Part shown: one piece after another, positions 9,937-20,217 of the stretch | Position numbering within the stretch: position 1 is the first letter of the stretch | Layout of the letters: each line of letters starts with the position of its first letter | Assembly (NCBI GenBank): GCA_049510745.1 | Contig: JBEKYR010000012.1 | Span: forward strand, 88,267 to 152,266 | From: Verrucomicrobiota bacterium | Lineage (GTDB): Bacteria; Verrucomicrobiota; Verrucomicrobiia; Limisphaerales; Palsa-1400 | Length of the DNA: 64,000 nt | Direction: 5' to 3' | Translations under genes and position numbers: made by a program | The notes under the pieces: generated by a model | Seen by the model: only the letters and a program-made list of their open reading frames with translations | What the model was told of the DNA's origin: nothing | Database searches by the model: none

Positions 9937-12900
9937 GCATTTCCGAGCCATTCATCCGCCGGCCCATCGGCACGTCGCTGCTGGCCATGGGGCTGTTTCT
10001 CACGGGCATGACGGCCTATCGCTCGCTCCCCGTGGCATCCGTGCCCCGGGTGGATTATCCCATGGTCTCGGTCGGGGCGTCGTTGCCCGGAGCGGACCCG
10101 TCCACGGTGGCCTCGTCGCTGGCCGCGCCGCTGGAACGGCGCCTGGGACAAATCGCGGGGGTCAATGAAATGACCTCCGTCAGCACGCTGGGGGGGTGCA
10201 ACATCAGCATTCAATTTGATTTGAACCGGCCGGTGGACGGTGCGGCGCGCGATGTGCAGGCGGCCATCAACGCCGCCGCCAGTGAACTGCCCCTGAACCT
10301 CCCCGGGCCGCCCACCTACCGCAAGGTCAATCCGGCCGACGCCCCCATTCTCATCATGGGCATGGTTTCCGACAACCTCCCGCCGACGGAGGTTTTTGAG
10401 GTGGCGGATGAAATCGTCGGCCAGCGCCTCAGCCAGGTGGAAGGGGTCAGCCAGGTCCTGGTCACCGGGGCGGAGAAATCAGCCGTGCGGGTCCAGATCA
10501 ACCCGGCCCGGCTTGCCACCACCGGGCTGAGCCTGGAGGATGTGCGCGGGTTGATCGGCAAGGTCAATGTGGATTCGCCCAAGGGGAGCATTGAAGACAG
10601 AAATATGTTTTACGCCTTGACGAGCAACGACAAGAATTTTGAGGCCAAAGATTATCACTCCCTCATCCTCACCCAATCCAACGGCGTGCCCATCCGGCTG
10701 AGCAGCCTGGGCAACATTGTGGACGGGGTGGAGAACGCCCTCATCGCCGGATGGGTCGGCACCAAGCCGGCCGTCATCCTGCTGGTTTTCAAGCAGCCCG
10801 ATGCCAATGTGATCGAAACGGTGGACCGGATCCGGGCCGTCTTGCCGCAAGTGAAACGTTGGATTCCGCCGGCGGTGAAAATCCTCATCACGTCCGACCG
10901 CACGGTGACGATCCACACGTCGGTCAACGATGTTCAAGTCTCCCTCACCCTGAGCGTGATCCTGGTGGTGCTGGTGATATTTCTTTTCTTGCGGCGCTTC
11001 TGGCCGACGTTCATCGCCAGCATCAGCATTCCGCTGGCCCTTTCCGGCACGTTCGCCTTCATGTACCTGCTGCATTACAGCCTGGATAACCTCTCGCTCA
11101 TGGCCATCACCATCTCGGTCGGTTTTGTGGTGGACGACGCCATCGTCGTGATCGAGAACATATACCGGCACATAGAGCACGGAGAAAAGCCGATGGCGGC
11201 GGCGCTGGAAGGGGCGCGGCAGATTGGTTTCACGGTCGTTTCCATGAGCACGTCGCTGGTGGCGGTCTTCATTCCGCTGCTTTTCATGGGCGGGTTGATT
11301 GGCCGGCTGTTCCATGAATTTGCGGTGACGCTAAGCCTGGCCATCCTGGTATCAGGGGTCATCTCGCTGACGTTGACGCCGATGCTCTGCTCGCGCTTCT
11401 TGAAATCGCAGGCTTCTTATGGAAAGCCCGGTCCCTTTTACCGGGCCAGTGAATGGGTTTTTAAACGGCTGTTGGCCGTTTACGAACAGGGCCTGCGCTG
11501 GGTGCTGCGCCATCAGCCGTTGATGCTGGCCATCACCTTCATCACGCTGGGCTTCACCGTCTTTGTGTATGCCGAGATTCCCAAGGGGTTCTTTCCGCAA
11601 CAAGACACCGGCTCGATCAGCGGGACGACCGACGCCGCCCAGGATATTTCCTTCAGCGCCATGTCGCGCCTGCAGGACCAGATGGCGCGAATCGTCCTGG
11701 CGGACCCCGCCGTGGAGACGCTCGGCTCGTTCATCGGGGCCTCCTCCGGCAGCACGACTGTCAACAATGGCCGGATGTTCATCACCCTGAAACCGCGCAG
11801 CCAGCGGCCCGGAAAAGTGTCCGCCGATCAGATCATCGCCCGCCTGCGCCGAAAGACCTCCGGCATCCCGAAGGTGACGTTGATTCTGCAAGCCGTCCAG
11901 GACATCCGGGTGGGGGGACGGATGAGCAAAGGCCAATACCAGTATTCGCTGCAATCCTCCAGCCTGGACGACCTGAACCGCTGGACGCCCCTGCTCATGA
12001 GCAAGCTGAAAAAGATTCCCCAACTCAAGGATGTCAGCAGCGACCAGCAAACCCGCGGCCTGCAAGCCAGCGTGGTGGTGGACCGCGACGCGGCGGCGCG
12101 CCTGGGGATTTCGCCCCAGGTGATTGATGACACCCTTTACGACGCCTTTGGCCAGCGGCAGGTTTCGACCGTGTATAAACGATACAACCAGCATCACGTC
12201 GTTCTTGAAGTCGATCCGTCCTACCTTAAAAGCCCGGATTCCCTGCAAAAAATCTTCGTCAAATCCACCCGGGGAAAGTTGGTTCCGCTGGCCGCCCTGG
12301 CGAGATTTCAGGACACCAACACCTACCTCTCCGTCAACCACCAGGGCCAGTTTCCCGCCGTGACCATCTCGTTCAACCTGGACCCCGGCACTTCCTTGGG
12401 CCAGGCGACCGATTTGATCCAGCAAGCCGCGCGCGAGTTGAACCTGCCCGCAACCGTGCAAGGCAGCTTCCAGGGAACGGCCCAGATGTTCCAGGCCTCG
12501 CTCAGTTCCCTTCCCCTGCTCCTGGCCGCCGCGCTCCTGGCGGTATATATCGTTCTGGGCATGCTCTATGAAAGCCTCATCCATCCGCTGACCATCCTGT
12601 CCAGCCTCCCCTCCGCCGGGCTGGGCGCCCTGCTGGCGCTCATGCTCTTCGGCATGGACCTGTCGCTGGTCTCGTTCATCGGCATCATTCTCCTCATGGG
12701 AATAGTCAAGAAGAACGCCATCATGATGGTGGATTTCGCCCTGGTCGCCGAACGCGAGGAGAAACTCCGCCCCGAGGAGGCCATTTACAAGGCCTGCGTC
12801 ATCCGTTTCCGGCCGATCATGATGACCACGATGGCCGCCTTTTGCGGCTCGATCCCGCTGGCCCTCGGCCTGGGCACCGGCTCCGAACTGCGCCGGCCCC

Positions 12901-13073
12901 TGGGCGTTTCCGTCGTGGGCGGCCTGCTCATTTCCCAGGTGCTGACCCTCTACACCACCCCGGTTGTCTATCTGGCTTTCGAACACGCCCGCGACAGAGT
13001 CCGCTCCTGGCGACGGCGCGGCAAAGCGCCCGCCCCGCTGACCCAACCCGCCCCTCCCGCGCTCCCCGCCTGA
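9933..13073 (+). CDS. mdtC: RND efflux permease, MdtC family
   Basis: ATGA overlap; same RND motifs; paralog of the preceding gene. Confidence 0.9.
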   Translation: MSISEPFIRRPIGTSLLAMGLFLTGMTAYRSLPVASVPRVDYPMVSVGASLPGADPSTVASSLAAPLERRLGQIAGVNEMTSVSTLGGCNISIQFDLNRPVDGAARDVQAAINAAASELPLNLPGPPTYRKVNPADAPILIMGMVSDNLPPTEVFEVADEIVGQRLSQVEGVSQVLVTGAEKSAVRVQINPARLATTGLSLEDVRGLIGKVNVDSPKGSIEDRNMFYALTSNDKNFEAKDYHSLILTQSNGVPIRLSSLGNIVDGVENALIAGWVGTKPAVILLVFKQPDANVIETVDRIRAVLPQVKRWIPPAVKILITSDRTVTIHTSVNDVQVSLTLSVILVVLVIFLFLRRFWPTFIASISIPLALSGTFAFMYLLHYSLDNLSLMAITISVGFVVDDAIVVIENIYRHIEHGEKPMAAALEGARQIGFTVVSMSTSLVAVFIPLLFMGGLIGRLFHEFAVTLSLAILVSGVISLTLTPMLCSRFLKSQASYGKPGPFYRASEWVFKRLLAVYEQGLRWVLRHQPLMLAITFITLGFTVFVYAEIPKGFFPQQDTGSISGTTDAAQDISFSAMSRLQDQMARIVLADPAVETLGSFIGASSGSTTVNNGRMFITLKPRSQRPGKVSADQIIARLRRKTSGIPKVTLILQAVQDIRVGGRMSKGQYQYSLQSSSLDDLNRWTPLLMSKLKKIPQLKDVSSDQQTRGLQASVVVDRDAAARLGISPQVIDDTLYDAFGQRQVSTVYKRYNQHHVVLEVDPSYLKSPDSLQKIFVKSTRGKLVPLAALARFQDTNTYLSVNHQGQFPAVTISFNLDPGTSLGQATDLIQQAARELNLPATVQGSFQGTAQMFQASLSSLPLLLAAALLAVYIVLGMLYESLIHPLTILSSLPSAGLGALLALMLFGMDLSLVSFIGIILLMGIVKKNAIMMVDFALVAEREEKLRPEEAIYKACVIRFRPIMMTTMAAFCGSIPLALGLGTGSELRRPLGVSVVGGLLISQVLTLYTTPVVYLAFEHARDRVRSWRRRGKAPAPLTQPAPPALPA

Positions 13074-13094
13074 CCTCCGAATGGAAGGAAGCAG

Positions 13095-13463
13095 ATGGCT
13101 GTAAACAATAAAACGCCCGGGCCGGACCGCTCACGCCGGGGCGGGGCGCGACTCAGGATCATTGGCGTCCTTGTCCTGCTGCTGGGCCTTGGCGGCGCGG
13201 GCGTGGTCTATTGGACGGGCGCTCCTCCGGAGGATTTGTCCGACGACCCGTCCACGGCGAGGGCTTACAAGAGAGAGGCGCGGGAGGTTGAAATCAATTT
13301 CGGCAAAATGGGCCTGTTGATGAACGGTTTATGGGAGGACTTAAAACACCCGGGCACCCAGGCCGCCATGATCGCGGCGGCGTCGATCCTTGCGGCCTCC
13401 GGTTGTTTTTACTTTGCCCGATTGCAGGGCCGCGGGGATGAATCGGACGGCCCGGCCGTTTGA
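13095..13463 (+). CDS. Hypothetical membrane protein (two hydrophobic segments)
   Basis: 122-aa ORF with AAGGA upstream; two TM-like stretches. Confidence 0.55.
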   Translation: MAVNNKTPGPDRSRRGGARLRIIGVLVLLLGLGGAGVVYWTGAPPEDLSDDPSTARAYKREAREVEINFGKMGLLMNGLWEDLKHPGTQAAMIAAASILAASGCFYFARLQGRGDESDGPAV

Positions 13464-13528
13464 ACTGCCCCACGGCTGCTGCTGTTTGGTTTCTCCAGGC
13501 TGCGGCCATGATCGAGCCGAACCGGAGT

Positions 13529-13699
13529 TCATTTCACCGCCGCGAGGTGATCTTCGCGCCTATAAAGTTTGACGCCTGGACGACGTGCCATCTTGCGATA
13601 GTATTCGCCCGCCTTCTTCGGGTCGTAGTTGAATTGTTTTGCCATCTTGCGGCGGATTTCCCGGAGCCATTCCAAACCGTCATCATGTTTCGTTTTCAT
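13529..13699 (-). CDS. Small putative antitoxin partner of the PIN gene
   Basis: MKTKHDDGLEWLREIRRKMAKQFNYD; overlaps the end of the PIN gene. Confidence 0.55.
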   Translation of the reverse strand: MKTKHDDGLEWLREIRRKMAKQFNYDPKKAGEYYRKMARRPGVKLYRREDHLAAVK

Positions 13700-14171
13700 C
13701 GTCATTTTCCAGGAGTTGGAGCGGCGTGGCCAGCGCGGGGGTCTCCAGGCCAAGCCATGCGTTCACGCGCCGGATTTGCGGCAGTTTGTTCGTGTTTGCG
13801 ATGTGCTTGCAGTTCCACGTGACCAATATATCACAGTGATGGAAGGAGGCGAGGGCCAAATGATGGGCGTCGCCCAGCGCCTCGGCAGGCATGAGCTTGT
13901 GCGCCAGGTACACCGCGACGATTTCGTCGATCTCCGGGTCTGGCGGCAGAACTTCCAAATCCTGGATTAAGTCCAGAGCCGCTTGGCGCTTCGGGGGCGG
14001 CGATTGGGCAAGTTCGGCAAGAACTGGAAAGCCGGTGACAAGAACCGTTTCAGGCTTGGGCAGACTCCACCAGAGGCGAGTCCACTTGCGCCGGGCCTGC
14101 ATTTCGACATTTGACCGGGTGTCAAAATAAAAACTCGGAACGCTGGTTTCGACGTAAATGAGAACGTCCAT
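13683..14171 (-). CDS. PIN-domain (VapC-like) ribonuclease
   Basis: IYVETSVPS, DAHHLALA, LVTWNCKHIAN motifs. Confidence 0.85.
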   Translation of the reverse strand: MDVLIYVETSVPSFYFDTRSNVEMQARRKWTRLWWSLPKPETVLVTGFPVLAELAQSPPPKRQAALDLIQDLEVLPPDPEIDEIVAVYLAHKLMPAEALGDAHHLALASFHHCDILVTWNCKHIANTNKLPQIRRVNAWLGLETPALATPLQLLENDDENET

Positions 14172-14196
14172 CACCGGACTTATACCCTCACCGCCG

Positions 14197-15282
14197 TTAG
14201 TTGTCAATAATCAGTTGCGGCTGGAGGGTGATGGGCTTGCCCTCGACGTTGCGCTGGGGCGGCAGACCCAGCAACCGGCGGGCTTCGCCGATGACGTAAT
14301 CCCATTGCAAAGCCGGGCCGGGGTCCACCTTGTTGGTCTGGATATGGTAATGGCCCATCACGCCCCGGTACTGTTTCAATTCGGCCGGGGGCAGTTTGTG
14401 GGTCATCAGTCTGCCGTCGGCCTCGCGGGGGTAGTCGCAGTTGATTTGCGGAAAGACGGCGCAGAGGGCGGCGGTCAACCTGGCCAGGGCCTTGTATTGC
14501 TGGGGCGTGAAATCGTATTGGCGCTGTTGCTTTCCCTGCACCTCGCCCACGATCATTTCGCGGCGGGCGGGGCGCCCGGTGAAATGCGGGGTGCGTTCGG
14601 GCGAGGGGCCGAATCTTTCGGGGATGGTGATGACGGTCCGACCGAGGGCGTCCTTCTTATACCAATCGGCCAGCGGGCTTTTTTCGGCATCGCCGTAGGA
14701 ACCCATGTTGGCGATTTCGACGCCAATGGAGCGGCCATTGGAAGTGGTGGCGTGCCGGGCGCGCTCCTTCAAGTCGAGCGTCTGGTAAAGGGTCCCATCC
14801 AGGTCGAGCATGAAATGGACGCTCAAATCGCGCACGTCCTGGAGGATTTTGAAGCAGGTGCGGGAAGTGCCGGCGACATCGAAGTGCAGGACGAACTGAT
14901 CGACGTTGGATTGGAGGGTGGGCAGGTCCCAGCCGCCGCCGCGGACGCGTTCGAGTTGTTCCGGGGTGAGGTTGCCGTCGCGCAGGCCGTAGCGGTTGGG
15001 CGAGCGGGGCGGATCGAGGTGAGGCTTGGAGGTTTCCCAATCCGATTGGTCATAGGGGACGAAGCGGCGTTCGACGCGATAGGCGTCGTAACCCCCCGGG
15101 TCCATCCACAGCACCACCGGCGTGCCGGTGTGAAACAACTGGCCGGCAACAACAATTTCATCCCCCTTCCTCTTCGCGTGCGCGCCGGGGGAGTGACAGA
15201 GGCAGCCGGAAAGAAACAACGGACCCAGCAGAAGAAGCAGCGGGGCCGCGCAGCGTCTGGAAAGAAGGCCGTTCATCGGCAT
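14197..15282 (-). CDS. N-acetylmuramoyl-L-alanine amidase (Amidase_2), lipoprotein
   Basis: FLSGC lipobox; VLHFD, LSVHFMLDLDG, SIGVEIAN, GHYH...KVDPGP. Confidence 0.85.
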   Translation of the reverse strand: MPMNGLLSRRCAAPLLLLLGPLFLSGCLCHSPGAHAKRKGDEIVVAGQLFHTGTPVVLWMDPGGYDAYRVERRFVPYDQSDWETSKPHLDPPRSPNRYGLRDGNLTPEQLERVRGGGWDLPTLQSNVDQFVLHFDVAGTSRTCFKILQDVRDLSVHFMLDLDGTLYQTLDLKERARHATTSNGRSIGVEIANMGSYGDAEKSPLADWYKKDALGRTVITIPERFGPSPERTPHFTGRPARREMIVGEVQGKQQRQYDFTPQQYKALARLTAALCAVFPQINCDYPREADGRLMTHKLPPAELKQYRGVMGHYHIQTNKVDPGPALQWDYVIGEARRLLGLPPQRNVEGKPITLQPQLIIDN

Positions 15283-15304
15283 GGCTCGGTGGAGTGGCGG
15301 AACT

Positions 15305-15460
15305 TCAGTGGTGGAGGATGGCGATCTTGGTCACGCCGAGGACAAAGCCAAGCACGGCAAGAATCAAAAGCCAGAAGGCGCCCTTGACGGCCATCACGAC
15401 GCCCGCGACCAGGATGGCCGCCATAATCAGGTAAACAATCATCGCCAAAAAGATATTCAT
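15305..15460 (-). CDS. 51-aa hydrophobic membrane peptide (below ORF-track cutoff)
   Basis: MNIFLAMIVYLIMAAILVAGVVMAVKGAFWLLILAVLGFVLGVTKIAILHH*, clean ATG..TGA with GC-rich third positions. Confidence 0.65.
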   Translation of the reverse strand: MNIFLAMIVYLIMAAILVAGVVMAVKGAFWLLILAVLGFVLGVTKIAILHH

Positions 15461-15514
15461 CAGGCGGTCAGTTTAGCGGAAGGTTTGCGGGAGGCAAGTT
15501 TGGAGAACGGCGGG

Positions 15515-15742
15515 TTAACGTTTGCGCGTTCCGTTTTTCTTCACCGGAAGGTTCTTGACGGCAACGATGTGAAGGGGGTCGAGCCAGGCAATCTCACGAT
15601 CTTCGTCCAAGACGGCCAAAGCGGACTCACTAATCAAGATGCACTCGGGGTGAGTTACCGGGTACTCGCGCCCGTCGGACGTTCTCAGGGAAAACGGCCG
15701 GAAACCCGAAGCGAGTCGTTGTCGCAAACGCGCGATGTTCAT
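15515..15742 (-). CDS. Small hypothetical protein (FRPF..TSDGREY.V.HPE type)
   Basis: 75-aa ORF co-oriented with tal. Confidence 0.6.
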   Translation of the reverse strand: MNIARLRQRLASGFRPFSLRTSDGREYPVTHPECILISESALAVLDEDREIAWLDPLHIVAVKNLPVKKNGTRKR

Positions 15743-15789
15743 GGGCCAAAACTACGATTTGTTCGCTGGGCTGTCAATCTGCGGCCCCT

Positions 15790-16785
15790 TCACAATTTCC
15801 GGGCGAGAAACTCCTCCAGCTTGACGGCGTCGGCCGCGAAGGTGCGGATGCCCTCGGCCAATTTCTCGGTCGCCATGGCGTTTTCATTGAGCATCCAGCG
15901 GAAGGTTTTTTCGTTGACCGCCAGCCGGGCCAGCCGGGCGTCGCGGCTCGTCTCCGGCGACAATTTGCGCGGGACCGGGTCGGTGCTGTTCTTCATTTCG
16001 GCCAGCAATTCCGGGCTGATGGTGAGCAGGTCGCATCCGGCCAATTCGAGGGCTTCACCCTTGCTGCGGAAGCTGGCGCCCATGACTTCGGTGGGATGAC
16101 CAAAGGTTTTGTAATAGGCGTAAATCTCCCGGACCGACTGGACGCCCGGGTCTTCGGCGGGGGCGTATTCCCGCTTGTTGGTTTTTTTGTACCAGTCAAG
16201 AATGCGTCCGACAAACGGGGAAATCAATTTCGCGCCCGCCTCGGCGGCGCCGACGGCCTGGGCCATGGAAAAGAGCAGGGTCATGTTGCAGTTGATGCCT
16301 TCCTTTTGCAGGATGCGGGCGGCCTGGATGCCCTCCCAGGTGGTGGCCAGCTTGATCAACACCCGTTCGCGGGGCACGCCGGCCTTGGCGTAACGCTCGA
16401 TGAAGAGCCGCCCTTCGGCCACCAGCGCTTCGGTGTCAAACGCAATTTTGGCGCTGGTTTCCGTCGAGACGCGGCCGGGGACGATTTTCAGAATCTCCAG
16501 GCCGAACAACACCAGCAGCGTCCGCATGACATCGTCCGGGGATTGCGCGCTCTTTTTGCCGTCCTGCGCGGCCTTGGCGACCAGCGCCTGGTATTCGGGT
16601 TTTTGGGCGGCCTTGAGGATCAAGGTGGGATTGGTCGTGGCGTCCTCGGGGGCGTATTGCTTCAGAAGCGCGAAGTCGCCGGTGTCGGCGACGACGCGGG
16701 TGAATTTTTTCAGTTGCTCGAGTTGGTTCAGGCCGGGGCGGGACGGAACGGTTTGACTTTTTTCGGGTGTAACGCTGGCATTCAT
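15790..16785 (-). CDS. tal: Transaldolase
   Basis: [34 protein letters not shown]. Confidence 0.97.
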   Translation of the reverse strand: MNASVTPEKSQTVPSRPGLNQLEQLKKFTRVVADTGDFALLKQYAPEDATTNPTLILKAAQKPEYQALVAKAAQDGKKSAQSPDDVMRTLLVLFGLEILKIVPGRVSTETSAKIAFDTEALVAEGRLFIERYAKAGVPRERVLIKLATTWEGIQAARILQKEGINCNMTLLFSMAQAVGAAEAGAKLISPFVGRILDWYKKTNKREYAPAEDPGVQSVREIYAYYKTFGHPTEVMGASFRSKGEALELAGCDLLTISPELLAEMKNSTDPVPRKLSPETSRDARLARLAVNEKTFRWMLNENAMATEKLAEGIRTFAADAVKLEEFLARKL

Positions 16786-16911
16786 AAGCGGTCTCTGGGA
16801 ATTAAGTTGGCGCATCGGGGGCGCGGACGCAACGGCAAAGAGGGCGCAAAAGGGTGTCGCGCAAAAGGGTTGAAATCGGGGCGGAGATCGTGTTAGCCTG
16901 CTTGAAATCTT

Positions 16912-17460
16912 ATGAATCCGTTGATGATCACGGCTGGCCTTGTGAGCTTCGGATGCGCGCTGTCGGTCGCGCCAATTGCCCTGGGCCGGTCCCTGCCGAA
17001 ACTGACCGTCTCCAGCGCGGCCTTTGCCGAGGGCGCGCCTATTCCGGTGAAGTACACCTGCCAGGGGGACGATATTTCGCCCCCGCTGCAATGGGCGGGC
17101 GCGCCCGCGGCGACAAAGAGCTTCGCCTTGATTTGCGACGATCCGGACGCCCCCGTGGGGACATGGGTCCATTGGGTGCTTTACAATTTGCCGCCCACCG
17201 CCGCCGCGCTGTCCGAGAAGACGCCCAAATCCAAGGTTCTCGCCAATGGCGCGGCGCAGGGATTGAACAGTTCCGGGCAGACCGGCTACCAGGGGCCATG
17301 TCCGCCGGGAGGCAAGGCGCATCGCTATTTTTTCAAGTTGTATGCGTTGGACGCGACGGTGTCACTGGAAGGCCGCGTGACGAAGGAAGAATTGCTCAAG
17401 GCGATGGAAGGCCACATTCTGGGCATCGGCCAGATCATGGGCACCTATCAGCGGCAGTAA
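16912..17460 (+). CDS. YbhB/YbcL family (PEBP/RKIP-like) protein
   Basis: [34 protein letters not shown]. Confidence 0.93.
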   Translation: MNPLMITAGLVSFGCALSVAPIALGRSLPKLTVSSAAFAEGAPIPVKYTCQGDDISPPLQWAGAPAATKSFALICDDPDAPVGTWVHWVLYNLPPTAAALSEKTPKSKVLANGAAQGLNSSGQTGYQGPCPPGGKAHRYFFKLYALDATVSLEGRVTKEELLKAMEGHILGIGQIMGTYQRQ

Positions 17461-17470
17461 AAAGAATCCT

Positions 17471-18262
17471 TTAGAAACTCTTAACGAAGTACTTATTGGT
17501 GCTGTTATTGTTCAGCCCAAGCCGCAAGTCGATCCGTTTGAACGGGCCGAAAGACCAGACGACGGCGTGACCGGGCGGGTTCAGGCCGGTGCTGCCGCTG
17601 AATTGATTCATGTACATCTGGTTCAGATAAGGATCGAAAGCGTGGTCGTTGTAGTTTAAGTCAATCGTCACCATATAGGGCAAGCCCCAGGGATCGCGCC
17701 ACACCTCGTCAGATCCAAGTCCGGGAGGGCCGGGAGCGGCCCCTGAGGTGGCTGGAGCGGTGGCCGCCTTTGGCTGGAAGAACGGCGTTTGCCGCGAATT
17801 GTAAATATGGCCGGAATTGTTGGTGAACTCAGGCCAAAAGTTATCATCCCCCAGAATCGCCATCAATTCCGAATTGTTATTCTGCCAGGTGGCGGCGGAT
17901 TCACCGAGGGTCGTGATCGAAAATGCGGCGCCGGTGGCCGGGTTGATCGGCATTCCAGATAAGGCGCCTGCGGAGCCATTGGCCGAGCCGAAAGTGAAAT
18001 CGTTGGTGGTCCCCGCGACCGCAGCCACGGCATTGGACGAGGCGGGAAGCCGGCTATAAGTGGCGTAATACTGCTCGATGGCGCCCACCAAAAGGCTTTC
18101 CTCCGATTGTGCCATCTTCATTTGCGTGTTGATTCTGACCCGGCCATAGGTGGGCACGAGCAGGGCGGCCAAAATTCCGATGATGGCGATGACAACCAGC
18201 AGTTCAACGAGAGTAAACGCCGCCCGAAGCGGCCCGGCGGCGGGAAATGGCCTCTGGCACAT
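17471..18262 (-). CDS. Prepilin-type N-terminal methylation domain protein (pseudopilin-like)
   Basis: AFTLVELLVVIAIIGILAALL; DPWGLPY. Confidence 0.9.
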   Translation of the reverse strand: MCQRPFPAAGPLRAAFTLVELLVVIAIIGILAALLVPTYGRVRINTQMKMAQSEESLLVGAIEQYYATYSRLPASSNAVAAVAGTTNDFTFGSANGSAGALSGMPINPATGAAFSITTLGESAATWQNNNSELMAILGDDNFWPEFTNNSGHIYNSRQTPFFQPKAATAPATSGAAPGPPGLGSDEVWRDPWGLPYMVTIDLNYNDHAFDPYLNQMYMNQFSGSTGLNPPGHAVVWSFGPFKRIDLRLGLNNNSTNKYFVKSF

Positions 18263-18271
18263 AACCCTCCT

Positions 18272-19012
18272 CTAAAAGCTCGTGACGATGTAGCGGTTGG
18301 GGGGTAGCGGCGAGCGCAGGAACTGGTTCGTGGCGACGGTCTTCTGCGGACCAAACGACCAGACCACTGCCACGCCGGGGACGTTGAGGATATTGGTTCT
18401 GTTTCCTCCCGGCGGCGACTGGTACATCTGATTCAAGGCGACATCAAACACCTTGTTGTCGTAGCCCAAATCGAGCGTCACGATGTACGGCATGCCCCAC
18501 GGGTCGCGCAAGACTTCGTCCGGCCCGAGACCGGGAGAATTGGTGTCGAGCGCGGTCTTCGGGTTGAAGAACACCGTCTGTTGCGGGTTGTAAATATGGG
18601 CCAGATTGCCGCTCACCTCGGGCCAGACCCTGTCGTCCCGCAGAATCGCCATGAGTTCGGCGTTATTGGTTTGATACACAGTTTCTCCCGCAGTCATGAT
18701 GTTGTTCGTGAGACCCAGGCCCGCCGTCCCATAGGTGAAATCATTCGAATTGGCGGTCGCCTGCAAAGCCGCCGCCACCGCGTTGCTCGAAGCGGGCAGG
18801 CGGCTGTAGGTGGCCTGATACTGGTTAATAGCGCCGACGAGGTTGACCTCCTCGGCTTGACAGAGCTTGCGCTGGGCGTTGACTTTGGCCCTGCCGAGGG
18901 CGGGGAGGAGCAGGCCGGCCAAAATTCCGATGATGGCGATGACGACCAGCAGTTCGATCAGGGTAAACGCCCGGCCAGACAGGCGGGTTGCGGGAAACGG
19001 TCTCTTTAACAT
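18272..19012 (-). CDS. Prepilin-type N-terminal methylation domain protein (paralog)
   Basis: AFTLIELLVVIAIIGILAGLLLP; DPWGMPY. Confidence 0.9.
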   Translation of the reverse strand: MLKRPFPATRLSGRAFTLIELLVVIAIIGILAGLLLPALGRAKVNAQRKLCQAEEVNLVGAINQYQATYSRLPASSNAVAAALQATANSNDFTYGTAGLGLTNNIMTAGETVYQTNNAELMAILRDDRVWPEVSGNLAHIYNPQQTVFFNPKTALDTNSPGLGPDEVLRDPWGMPYIVTLDLGYDNKVFDVALNQMYQSPPGGNRTNILNVPGVAVVWSFGPQKTVATNQFLRSPLPPNRYIVTSF

Positions 19013-19069
19013 AGCTTTGCCTTATTCTAATGGTTCAACACTTAATGTCAACATTGCCTCCTTGCGGGA

Positions 19070-19144
19070 TGGTGCGCGATGCAGGGATTGAACCTGCGAC
19101 CCCCACCGTGTCAAGGTGATGCTCTACCACTGAGCTAACCGCGC
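19070..19144 (-). tRNA. tRNA-Val(GAC)
   Basis: GCGCGGT/ATCGCGC acceptor stem, AGCTCAGTGGTAGAGC D-arm, TCACC-TTGACAC-GGTGG anticodon arm, GCAGG-TTCAATC-CCTGC T-arm, encoded CCA. Confidence 0.97.
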
Positions 19145-19161
19145 CCTCCACCTGTCCAAAC

Positions 19162-20217
19162 CTAGACGCAACCACCCCCGATGGCAAGCGGAGAATGGAC
19201 GGATTTGAGGCGCTCGATGGCCCAGCGGGCGTGCCCGGCCACAAGGGGTTCGGGGTCGAGCGCGGCCCGTTCCAGCGCCGGCAAGGCCCGGCCGTCCCGG
19301 CTGTTTCCCAGGGCGACGCAGACGTTGCGCAGGAAGCCGCGGCGTTTGGCCCGCAGCATGGGAGTGCCCGCGAAGCGCTTTTGGAAGGCGGCGTCGTCCA
19401 GCGCCAGCAGAGGGATCAGATCGGGCGCCGCCAGGTCGGAACGGTAATGGGGGCGCATGAGGGAGCCTTCGCGGGCGAAACGGTTCCAGGGGCAGGCGGC
19501 CAGGCAGTCGTCGCAGCCGTAAATCCGGTTGCCGATGGCGGGACGCAATTCCTCCGGAATCGCCCCTTTCAATTCAATGGTCAAATAAGAGATGCAGCGG
19601 CGGGCGTCGAGCTGGAACGGAGCGGTGATGGCGGCCGTCGGGCAGGCGTCGATGCAGCGGCGGCACGAGCCGCAGTGGTTTTTTTCGGGCGGGTCCGGTT
19701 CCAATTCCAGGGTGGTGATGATTTCGGAGAGAAAAATCCAGTTGCCGAGCTTGCGGCTGATGAGATTGGTGTGTTTGCCGATGAACCCCAGGCCCGCCCG
19801 TTCCGCCAGATCCCGCTCGAGCAACGGACCGGTATCGACGTAGCACAAGGAGCGGACGCCGCTGCCGAGGGAATTGAGGAATCCGGCCAGGTTTCGGAGG
19901 CGTTCGCCCAGCACGTGGTGATAATCGGCAAACCGGGCGTAGCGGGCGATTAAGCCGGCGCCCGGCGCCGGGACCGGACCGGAAGCGGACGGCGGTGTGT
20001 AGCTGACAGCCAGGGTGAGGATGGATTTGGCGGCGGCCAGGACTTGGGCCGGGTCGATGCGTTTGCGGGCGTTGCGTTCGAGGTAGGCCATCTGGCCGTG
20101 GCAACCAGCGGCGAGCCAGCGTTGGAATTGGGCGGCGTGGGCGGGCGGCTGCGCCGAGGTGAAACGGCAGTCGTCAAAGCCCAACTGGCGGGCGCGTTGC
20201 CGGATGGCGGTCTTCAC
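19162..20217 (-). CDS. queG: Epoxyqueuosine reductase
   Basis: YVDTGPLLER, CGSCRRCIDACPT, RCISYLTIE, GCDDCLAACPWN. Confidence 0.96.
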   Translation of the reverse strand: MKTAIRQRARQLGFDDCRFTSAQPPAHAAQFQRWLAAGCHGQMAYLERNARKRIDPAQVLAAAKSILTLAVSYTPPSASGPVPAPGAGLIARYARFADYHHVLGERLRNLAGFLNSLGSGVRSLCYVDTGPLLERDLAERAGLGFIGKHTNLISRKLGNWIFLSEIITTLELEPDPPEKNHCGSCRRCIDACPTAAITAPFQLDARRCISYLTIELKGAIPEELRPAIGNRIYGCDDCLAACPWNRFAREGSLMRPHYRSDLAAPDLIPLLALDDAAFQKRFAGTPMLRAKRRGFLRNVCVALGNSRDGRALPALERAALDPEPLVAGHARWAIERLKSVHSPLAIGGGCV

